A DNA stretch of 64,000 nt from Candidatus Magasanikbacteria bacterium RIFOXYD2_FULL_41_14 (GTDB taxonomy: Bacteria > Patescibacteriota > Patescibacteriia > Magasanikbacterales > GWA2-37-8). The translations under genes and the position numbers were made by a program. The stretch is from the NCBI GenBank assembly GCA_001784475.1, contig MFRE01000022.1, positions 44,234 to 108,233 of the forward strand, given 5' to 3'. Below the pieces are notes generated by a model. It saw nothing but the letters and a program-made list of their open reading frames with translations, was not told the DNA's origin and did not search any database. Shown one piece after another: positions 28,712 through 36,069 of this stretch (within the stretch, counting starts at the first letter, position 1; every line of letters starts with the position of its first letter).

Positions 28712-29698
28712 TTAATTTATTTTCTCCGATTTAATATTGGAGTATTTTTTTATCATTTTTTCCAATTCTTTACGATTTAATAATCCGGCTTGCGCGCCCA
28801 CGGCGGAAATTACCCCGCAACTATTGGCAATACCCCATTGCAGGGCGACTTGGGGTGAGTGACCATTGATTTTGGCGGCTAAATATCCGGAAGAAAACGC
28901 ATCGCCGGCACCGGTTTTGCTCACTACTTTTATTGGGAAACTTTCTAAATGATACACATCATCAATATTGCCGGCATACGCCCCGCGCGCGGCATCGGTA
29001 ATTACCACTTCGTCCGGCCCCAGTTTTAAAAGTTCGTGAATTAGCGCAGCGACAGTCTTTTCTTTTTTCAAAGTGGTGTTTAAAATTTTTTCTGCTTCTT
29101 CTAAATTTACAATTAATGTATCCACGGCCGGTAGTAGCGCGCGGATATCGGCCACGCTATGTTTTAATTGGTGCGAGCCGGGCGTATAGGCCAAGCACAC
29201 GGTCGCGTGTTTGGCAATATATTTTAAAAGTGTTTCGTGAAGTGGTTTTAGGCCTTCGGATAAACCGGTTAAATAAATCCAATCGGTCGGGGGGAAATTT
29301 TTGGGCCAAACATAATCGCGTTTGCTATGCTGTGATAAAATTGTGCGTTCGCCTTTAAAGTTTAATACCACTGAGTATCGAGTTGGTGTCTTTTTGCTGA
29401 TGGAAATTAAATTAGTATCAACTTTGGCTTTTTTTAAAGTGCTTAAAATAATTTGGCCATTGGAATCAGCGCCAATATCAGTTAGAAGAGCAGTGGAGAA
29501 TCCTAGTTTAGACACACCCACCGCCACATTGGCACCGTCACCGCCAACAGTTTGAAAACTTTCTTTTACCGGCACTTTGGCAGCGTAATCTAAACATAGC
29601 CGGCAGCGTCCGTGATCAAAGTCGCATTCAACAGATGCGTCGTCGATCATCACCTGTGTATCAATGACCGCGTCGCCGATGATAATAAGTTGTTTCAT
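28712..29698 (-). CDS. PfkB-family carbohydrate kinase
   Basis: GGDGANVA, NLEEA, KTGAGDAF. Confidence 0.92.
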   Translation of the reverse strand: MKQLIIIGDAVIDTQVMIDDASVECDFDHGRCRLCLDYAAKVPVKESFQTVGGDGANVAVGVSKLGFSTALLTDIGADSNGQIILSTLKKAKVDTNLISISKKTPTRYSVVLNFKGERTILSQHSKRDYVWPKNFPPTDWIYLTGLSEGLKPLHETLLKYIAKHATVCLAYTPGSHQLKHSVADIRALLPAVDTLIVNLEEAEKILNTTLKKEKTVAALIHELLKLGPDEVVITDAARGAYAGNIDDVYHLESFPIKVVSKTGAGDAFSSGYLAAKINGHSPQVALQWGIANSCGVISAVGAQAGLLNRKELEKMIKKYSNIKSEKIN

Positions 29699-29705
29699 AA
29701 ATTTT

Positions 29706-29791
29706 TGTCATTGCGAGGAGTCATTACGACGAAGCAATCTCATGAAATATGGGATTGCCACGTCCCGACTAAGTCGGGACTCGCAATGACA
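29706..29791. repeat. REP/RPE-like element with nested mini-hairpin
   Basis: TGTCATTGCGAG...CTCGCAATGACA; internal GTCCCGACTAAGTCGGGAC. Confidence 0.88.
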
Positions 29792-29814
29792 ATTAGTAAA
29801 TTATTTTTTTGTAT

Positions 29815-30102
29815 TTATTTTTTATCACCGTGATCTTTGTGATAGCCAATCATAATTTCAATAAGTTCAATAAAACTTGCAGCGGCCAGTCCGGCCATAG
29901 CAATAGTGAACATAATGTTGCCAATGTAAACAGCATAAACTAATAGACAACCAGCTCCGATAAAAAATACCGCATCTTGGCGTTTTTCCGCTTCCAAAAA
30001 AATAGCGTAGGTGATTAGAATCGCTCCGACCATCGCCACTACTTCTACGATGACTTTAAATAATGGCCAGGGGAGGGTGGGAAGGAAATTTGCGAGAGGC
30101 AT
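29815..30102 (-). CDS. Small membrane protein (about 3 TM)
   Basis: Hydrophobic 95 aa ORF from ATG 30102. Confidence 0.7.
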   Translation of the reverse strand: MPLANFLPTLPWPLFKVIVEVVAMVGAILITYAIFLEAEKRQDAVFFIGAGCLLVYAVYIGNIMFTIAMAGLAAASFIELIEIMIGYHKDHGDKK

Positions 30103-30155
30103 AATTTTAAAATTAAAAATCAAATATCAAAATGTAAAATTTGTGATTGCACAAT

Positions 30156-30247
30156 TGTCATGCTGAGCGTAGTCGAAGTATCCCTTAAATTTGACAGCAA
30201 ATTAAATGTTGGCGTTAAGGGATCCCTCGGCTACGCTCGGGATGACA
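30156..30247. repeat. REP/RPE-like element
   Basis: TGTCATGCTGAGCGTAGTCGAAG...CTCGGGATGACA. Confidence 0.9.
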
Positions 30248-30252
30248 GCGTC

Positions 30253-31197
30253 CTATTCCCATCTATTAATATACTCTATCGTGGCAAGCGACGCAATAAT
30301 TCCCTGCCCAACCGAAATGCCGATTTGTTTGTAGGGGATATTAGTAACATCACCCGCGGCAAATACTCCCGGCAAATTGGTTTTACATTTAGCATCTACA
30401 ATAATTTCGCCACCTGTATTTTTTTCCAGTCCAGCATCAAAATTAGAATTGGGAATTTGACCGATGTGGACCATAACGCCTTGTACTTCAATAGTATTGG
30501 TAGCACCGTGATTGTCCGTGTAATCCAGCGATACAACTCGGTCGGTGCCATTAATTTTGGTAGTGGTAGCGCCGTAAATTACTTCAATATTTGGCAAAGA
30601 TTTTACTTTGTCCACTAAAATTGTTTCACCTTTTGGAAAGCCACCCTTGTTTTCTGGTGTGTCGGTGTATTTGCTAATTAAATAAACTTTGGTAGCGATG
30701 CCGGCCATCATCAAAGCTGATTCCAAAGCAGAATTACCAGAGCCAATTGTTGCTGTCACTTTGTTTTTAAACAATGGTCCGTCGCAAACCGTGCAATAAG
30801 TGACACCTTTACGATTTAATTCTTCTTCGCCTGGGACTTTTAAGTGGCGGGGATGAATGCCAGTTGCGATAATTACTGTTTTGGTTTCGTAGGTATTGAT
30901 TTTGTCGGACGCATTTTTGGCTGATACAATATAATAATTGTCTTTCGCCTCTATTTTTTCCACGCGCCAACCTTCATCAATTTCAACTCCATATGAACGC
31001 ACATGCTCGGTAAATTTTTGCGCCAATTCAAACCCTTGAATTTCAATAATTCCGGGCCAGTTATTAACTACACCAGATAAAGCGACTTCGCCACCAAGTT
31101 CGGTGGCAACCATTTTAAAATTTAGTTTACGGCGCGCGGCATAAATTGCAGCAGCATTGCCGGCGGCAGATCCGCCGATGATAATTAGGTCTAGCAT
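30253..31197 (-). CDS. trxB: Thioredoxin reductase (TrxB/AhpF-like)
   Basis: IIATG, GVTYCTVCDG, GSGNSA, GVFAAGD. Confidence 0.9.
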   Translation of the reverse strand: MLDLIIIGGSAAGNAAAIYAARRKLNFKMVATELGGEVALSGVVNNWPGIIEIQGFELAQKFTEHVRSYGVEIDEGWRVEKIEAKDNYYIVSAKNASDKINTYETKTVIIATGIHPRHLKVPGEEELNRKGVTYCTVCDGPLFKNKVTATIGSGNSALESALMMAGIATKVYLISKYTDTPENKGGFPKGETILVDKVKSLPNIEVIYGATTTKINGTDRVVSLDYTDNHGATNTIEVQGVMVHIGQIPNSNFDAGLEKNTGGEIIVDAKCKTNLPGVFAAGDVTNIPYKQIGISVGQGIIASLATIEYINRWE

Positions 31198-31260
31198 AAG
31201 TGATTTAATAATTGAAGATTAAAGATTGAAGATTGATGGTGGTCGCGCAATCTTTAATCT

Positions 31261-31938
31261 TTAGTATTCAATCTTTTTTATTAAATTATTGTATGCTATT
31301 TTCATATCAGGTGCTTTCGTTAATGCACTCCCCACGTAAAATCGTTCCACGCCCCAAGATTTGATTTGTTGAATAGTATTTTCATTAACCGAGCCGTCCA
31401 CTGCCAGTGTCGGGCGCTTTTTCGGCAATTGTTTTATTTTTTCACCCACGTCCGGCCGAAACGAATTTCCTTGTTTGCCCGGCACAACTGTTAAAAACAA
31501 TAGCATATCTATGTCCGTACACGTGTACGGACATAATTTTTTAATATCTGTGTCCGGACTAATCGCAATACCGACCGCGTATCCCATTTTTTTAATTTTA
31601 GCGATTACTGCTTGCGGGTCATCCGCTCCTTCAATATGAAAAATTACCCGAAAAACATTTTTTACTGATTTCCATTTATCTAATTCCGCCAGTGGGTGTT
31701 TTACCATTAAGTGTAGCTCCCATTTGAGCGGGCTGTTTAACAAATTTATTTCTGTTCGTTCAGAAAAGGAGACATTGTCCACCAATTCACCATCCATGAC
31801 ATCAATTTGTACGTAATCAGAAAATTCTTCGGCTTGTTTGGCCTGCTTGGTAAATTCGTTAAAATCATTGGTCAGAATTGTTAAAATGATTTTACTTTTT
31901 GTTTTCAAATTCAGTAATTTTTTTAATACGTCTAGCAT
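31261..31938 (-). CDS. rpe: Ribulose-phosphate 3-epimerase (start uncertain)
   Basis: QIDVMDG, ELHLMV, FHIE, VVPGKQG, VDGSV, VGSA. Confidence 0.9.
   Translation of the reverse strand: MLDVLKKLLNLKTKSKIILTILTNDFNEFTKQAKQAEEFSDYVQIDVMDGELVDNVSFSERTEINLLNSPLKWELHLMVKHPLAELDKWKSVKNVFRVIFHIEGADDPQAVIAKIKKMGYAVGIAISPDTDIKKLCPYTCTDIDMLLFLTVVPGKQGNSFRPDVGEKIKQLPKKRPTLAVDGSVNENTIQQIKSWGVERFYVGSALTKAPDMKIAYNNLIKKIEY
31510..31535. repeat. Perfect palindrome, copy 2 (inside rpe)
   Basis: TATGTCCGTACACGTGTACGGACATA, encoding CPYTCTDI. Confidence 0.9.
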
Positions 31939-32344
31939 ATTTTGGGTTATCAGAACGCATTTCTGTTTCTAAAAATTTTTTGACTATTGCGTAGGCGTGG
32001 TCAGTTGATAATACTTTGCCGGCTAAACACAAAACATTAGCATCACTATCGCGCCGGGCCATTTCTGCACCTTCGATACTGTAGCCCATACCCGCACGTA
32101 TGCCTTTGACTTTATTAGCCGAAAAACACATGCCCTGGCCGGAACCGCAAATTAGTATTCCGATAGCATTTTTGTTCGATGCCACTTTCCCCCCTAATTT
32201 AAAAGCATAATCCGGATAGTCATCTTCTGGGTCAAATTTATCTGGACCTAAATCTTCCACTTTTTTGTTTAATTGAGTGGTTAAATAGGTGACGAGGTGC
32301 TTTTTAAGCTGAAAACCACCGTGGTCTGAGGCAATATATATCAT
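31892..32344 (-). CDS. rpiB: Ribose-5-phosphate isomerase B
   Basis: ASDHGG, DDYPD, CGSGQG, ANKVKGIRA, ANVLCL. Confidence 0.95.
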   Translation of the reverse strand: MIYIASDHGGFQLKKHLVTYLTTQLNKKVEDLGPDKFDPEDDYPDYAFKLGGKVASNKNAIGILICGSGQGMCFSANKVKGIRAGMGYSIEGAEMARRDSDANVLCLAGKVLSTDHAYAIVKKFLETEMRSDNPKYARRIKKITEFENKK

Positions 32345-32422
32345 ATTTTGCTATTATTTTTAGTGTTTTAATTATACCATTTTTGCTATTTTGATTCAAA
32401 TGTCAAAACAAGTATATTATGA

Positions 32423-32451
32423 TTGACCGGATTGGCATTTTTAGGTACAAT
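32423..32451 (+). promoter_or_regulatory. sigma70 promoter
   Basis: TTGACC-17-TACAAT. Confidence 0.55.
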
Positions 32452-32480
32452 AATAGTATAAAATTATTCTCTATATTTTT

Positions 32481-33848
32481 ATGAAAAATCATCACATGGT
32501 TTTATTGCGCGTTTTAGGATTAGCGGTTGTAGTTTTAGTATTTTCCCCAGTGGCTGTATTTTGCTACGACGTTTATGGTGGCGGTTATGATTCTTACACT
32601 GGCTCTTATGATTCCTATGGTGTGGATTATGATAACTCAGCCTGGACCCCGTCAGTGCCGTCTACCGACAATTCTTATTCGTCCGGAGACACAGCAGGCA
32701 TTAGCGGACCAACTGGCTCGGGTAGTTCCAGTGGTGTGGCAGTTAACGCCACTACTAAAGTGGATTTTAAAGACACCAGTGGTTCTGGCTATGGAGCGGT
32801 TTTTTATAATTCTTCGGGTGCTTTGGAAAGTCGCGCGTTGGTTGATTGGGATAAACGCTTGGTATATGTTAAATCTGGCTCTAAACCAGATTACACAAAA
32901 GTGGTGGGGGAAGTTAAAGCAATCAATTGGATTACTGATGGCTATGAGGGTAGTTGGGGGTATATTGATACTACGGCTTTAGAAAATTATTTTAAACCAG
33001 TTACTCCGGCGCCTGCTTCGACTCCAGCAGTTTCTTCGGGGCCTAATTTTGCATCATCTGCCCCGACGGGTGCGCGTTTGGTGACAATTAGTAATGGCTA
33101 TGTTTATGATACCAATACTAAAGCGGAAATTAGTTACGCGATGCCAGAAGAATCCAGCGGAAAAATATACAATCGTGAGAGTAGTGCGGAAATTGGTAAA
33201 ATGTTGTCGGTGACAACTGGGTATTTAGATGAATATACTAATGTGTCATCTGGTTCCGTCGCTACTGGTTCCAATAACTCCGGCACGGGGACACAATCAT
33301 CCAGTGCAACAACACCAACGGCCGGTACAGTGTCTAATAACATTGCTAATACTGCCACTAAAGTTGCCACGCCAGTTACAGCAAGCAACAATTCGTCAGG
33401 TGCAATGTCGGCGACAGTGGCTAACGAAGCCGTTTCGGTAGAAAATTCTAATACTTCAATTCCAACCGGAGCCCAAGAGGTGTTTGCTAAATATGCGGAC
33501 GGCTCTTATGTTGTTTATGATAAAGCCACGGGTGCACCAATACCAGAGGCCTACTATAATGGTACTGATAAAACTATTTATTATGGAAATTCCGATCAGA
33601 CATATGGGAAAATATTGGCCAATAATGCTGGATATGTGGAACCAAACATGTTTGATGTTGCGACTAGTGGTGAGGCGATGATAGCGACTAGAAGTACTGA
33701 AGAGGCGACTTCAAATAGTGCGTCGCCTGATTCTAGTAAAAAAGTTCAAGCGGTTGGGATTGGAGCGGCGATGGGAAATTTAGTAAAAGCAGTGACAAAT
33801 GTTTTTTCAGAATTATTTAAATCAATATTTAGTATTTTTAAAAAGTAA
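32481..33848 (+). CDS. Secreted Ser/Thr-rich protein with internal repeats
   Basis: Signal peptide, S/T linkers, repeated PTGA..VYD..IY..GK unit, C-terminal amphipathic helix. Confidence 0.8.
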   Translation: MKNHHMVLLRVLGLAVVVLVFSPVAVFCYDVYGGGYDSYTGSYDSYGVDYDNSAWTPSVPSTDNSYSSGDTAGISGPTGSGSSSGVAVNATTKVDFKDTSGSGYGAVFYNSSGALESRALVDWDKRLVYVKSGSKPDYTKVVGEVKAINWITDGYEGSWGYIDTTALENYFKPVTPAPASTPAVSSGPNFASSAPTGARLVTISNGYVYDTNTKAEISYAMPEESSGKIYNRESSAEIGKMLSVTTGYLDEYTNVSSGSVATGSNNSGTGTQSSSATTPTAGTVSNNIANTATKVATPVTASNNSSGAMSATVANEAVSVENSNTSIPTGAQEVFAKYADGSYVVYDKATGAPIPEAYYNGTDKTIYYGNSDQTYGKILANNAGYVEPNMFDVATSGEAMIATRSTEEATSNSASPDSSKKVQAVGIGAAMGNLVKAVTNVFSELFKSIFSIFKK

Positions 33849-33854
33849 AATTAT

Positions 33855-34274
33855 ATGAGTGATCATGAAGGCGGTAGTCAAGGCGGTAATCTAGTGGGTG
33901 GCGCAGACGCGGCGCCCGTGCGGGATTTGCCCAAAGGACGTTTGGTGACAATAGATGAGTTTTATACTCCTGATCCAGCTGAGCCGGCTCGCGCTTGGCA
34001 TAATTTTGTGGCTCATTTTGCCGGTGGAATGTTTGGTGATTCACATCACTCTAAAAAATATTATCAGGAATTTGCTGCTGAATATCCAGATTTGGCGGCC
34101 AAGTTATGTGATGCCGTTCAGGAAATGCGTAAGCAAAAAGTTAATCATTTAGCTCAAATAAAAAGTGATTCACAATTAAGACAGATGGTCTATGATGCCT
34201 ATGCAATAATGAAAAGGCATGGGGCCAATGATCAGGAATTGTTTGGCTTTGGTTTTGAAACTTTAAAAGATTAA
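33855..34274 (+). CDS. Hypothetical protein
   Basis: 139 aa ORF in a co-oriented run. Confidence 0.65.
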   Translation: MSDHEGGSQGGNLVGGADAAPVRDLPKGRLVTIDEFYTPDPAEPARAWHNFVAHFAGGMFGDSHHSKKYYQEFAAEYPDLAAKLCDAVQEMRKQKVNHLAQIKSDSQLRQMVYDAYAIMKRHGANDQELFGFGFETLKD

Positions 34275-34301
34275 TCTATATAAAACTTAGAATACAATTT
34301 T

Positions 34302-34943
34302 ATGTCTGTAAATAAATATTTAAGTGTGGTTGTAGCTGGTATTTTTTTAGTTGGTGTCGGGTGCCAGAGAAACGCGCCGTTATCCGCCGATTTACCACCC
34401 GCACCAGTTAGTCAAGTCCCGAGCGCCGTATCATTACCACAGGCAGTGGTGCCTTCAGCCCCGATTCAATCCGCTCCGGCCAGTCAAACTACTGTAGTTG
34501 CGGCCCCATTTTGTCCATTAACAGTGGATCTAGTTAGTCAATTTTGCACTGTTAAAGGTGGGTTAGAAATTGGTGCATATGGATGTTCGTTAAACAGCAA
34601 AGTATCTGGTATGCCGTTTGTTTTGTTTGCTACCCAAGGTTGGGCGGATAATATGCGCGAACAAATGGCAGGCGCTTATAATGCCGCAAAATTTGGAGAT
34701 GTACCAATGCCAACGTGGAACGAAAGCGGAGTGGGAGATTTAGCTTTTTTAACACCGCTAATTGGCCTTAATGAGGATGCGGCCAGGTCCACTGTTGAAA
34801 GCAAAGGTTATAATTTGTATATTAAAAAAGGTGGCACACTCTATCAATTTGTAGGTTATGGCAAGGATTTCCCCAGTCAGGATGCTGGAAATTGTTCGGT
34901 AGAACAGATGAAAAAAATGGCGCAGAAGATATTGAGTGAGTAA
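34302..34943 (+). CDS. Putative lipoprotein
   Basis: Lipobox-like LVGVGC, Pro-rich linker. Confidence 0.75.
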   Translation: MSVNKYLSVVVAGIFLVGVGCQRNAPLSADLPPAPVSQVPSAVSLPQAVVPSAPIQSAPASQTTVVAAPFCPLTVDLVSQFCTVKGGLEIGAYGCSLNSKVSGMPFVLFATQGWADNMREQMAGAYNAAKFGDVPMPTWNESGVGDLAFLTPLIGLNEDAARSTVESKGYNLYIKKGGTLYQFVGYGKDFPSQDAGNCSVEQMKKMAQKILSE

Positions 34944-34972
34944 TATTTTTTTATTCGTTTATTTAAATATTT

Positions 34973-35752
34973 ATGTCTGAACGCGGACCAAAATTTATTC
35001 CTCCAGTGGAAAAAAGTTTGCTTAGAAAAAATGTTGAAAGAGTCGGCGTTGGTTTGGCGGTGGTGCTGGCCGGTTTAGGGGTTAAGAAATTTAGTGAATC
35101 TGGAACAGAAATTGTACGAGCCAATATTCCACCACAGCCTGCCAAATTGGTGGGGGAAGCAACAGGCGTAAATGAAAGTAAACAAGCGGTCCTTGCTGAT
35201 TTGCGTCGGAAAATCAAGAATGATTCATTGGGAGGCAACGCTGGTGATGTTTTTGGCGGAGGACTTCCGCCAGAAGACGGCGAGGCAGTGATTGAAACTC
35301 CCGTAGAAAAGCAAGCGCGGTTATTTAAAAATGTTTTTGAAGAAGTTAAAAAAGTCTTTCCTAATGCTGTTTTGCGATCGGAATTGGATGATGCTATGGC
35401 AGAGGTGTTGGATTCTGATCCTGATGATTCGGCGGCAACAGCCAGAGGGCGCGAATTGGAAAATAGAGAAAGGGAATCTGTGGTGGTCGGGGATTATTCA
35501 GATTTTGCTAATCACGATAAGTATCAGATTAAAATTTCTATGCCTGTTGCAGAACAGCAGTTGGCTGGTAGTAGGATGTATTTTTTCTTAGATCCATTAG
35601 TAGACGAAGGTAAGGTGTCAGTATCTTTTTCAGGGGGTGGGTCTGAAAAAAAAGTGGTGGATCCGAAAGATTTGCCAAGTTTAATGCAGGATGCTTATGT
35701 CGCTTATGTGGCGCATTTAGAAGAGGTTAAAGAGCGAGAAAGCGCAGAGTGA
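34973..35752 (+). CDS. Hypothetical membrane-anchored protein
   Basis: 259 aa, one N-terminal hydrophobic stretch. Confidence 0.7.
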   Translation: MSERGPKFIPPVEKSLLRKNVERVGVGLAVVLAGLGVKKFSESGTEIVRANIPPQPAKLVGEATGVNESKQAVLADLRRKIKNDSLGGNAGDVFGGGLPPEDGEAVIETPVEKQARLFKNVFEEVKKVFPNAVLRSELDDAMAEVLDSDPDDSAATARGRELENRERESVVVGDYSDFANHDKYQIKISMPVAEQQLAGSRMYFFLDPLVDEGKVSVSFSGGGSEKKVVDPKDLPSLMQDAYVAYVAHLEEVKERESAE

Positions 35753-35756
35753 TAAG

Positions 35757-35785
35757 TTGACTTTTTATTAGATTTATATTAGTAT
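35757..35785 (+). promoter_or_regulatory. sigma70 promoter of the ileS leader
   Basis: TTGACT-17-TAGTAT. Confidence 0.65.
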
Positions 35786-35791
35786 TAATAT

Positions 35792-35985
35792 ATAAGCGCC
35801 ACACCCGTTATCAGCGGGAAATTCCCACATTGGATGCGTTAGAGGCAGAAGTCCCGGCTGGGTCGGGATGTAGAACCTCTCGGGCAAGCCCGTTAAAGCT
35901 GTAAATAAGTTAAAGCCACAGATGGTACCGTCCGCCGAATAGGCGCGACTCTGGGCACGCATTTTTTGCGTGTTTTTATTTTTTA
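35792..35985 (+). ncRNA. T-box riboswitch (Ile), ultrashort Stem I type
   Basis: CCCGTT-ATC-AGCGGG hairpin; Stem II AGAGG-CAGAA..GTAGAA-CCTCT; Stem IIA/B CGGG-CAAG-CCCGTTA; antiterminator CAGA-TGGTACC-GTC..GAC-TCTG; terminator-like hairpin and T run. Confidence 0.88.
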
Positions 35986-35986
35986 C

Positions 35987-36053
35987 TGTCATGCTGAACT
36001 TGTTTCAGCATCCCTTAAATGGCCTGGGATCCTGAAGCAAGTTCAGGATGACA
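35987..36053. repeat. REP/RPE-like element
   Basis: TGTCATGCTGAACTTGTTTCAGCATCCC..GGGATCCTGAAGCAAGTTCAGGATGACA. Confidence 0.9.
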
Positions 36054-36069
36054 ACTATAACTAGTTTTT

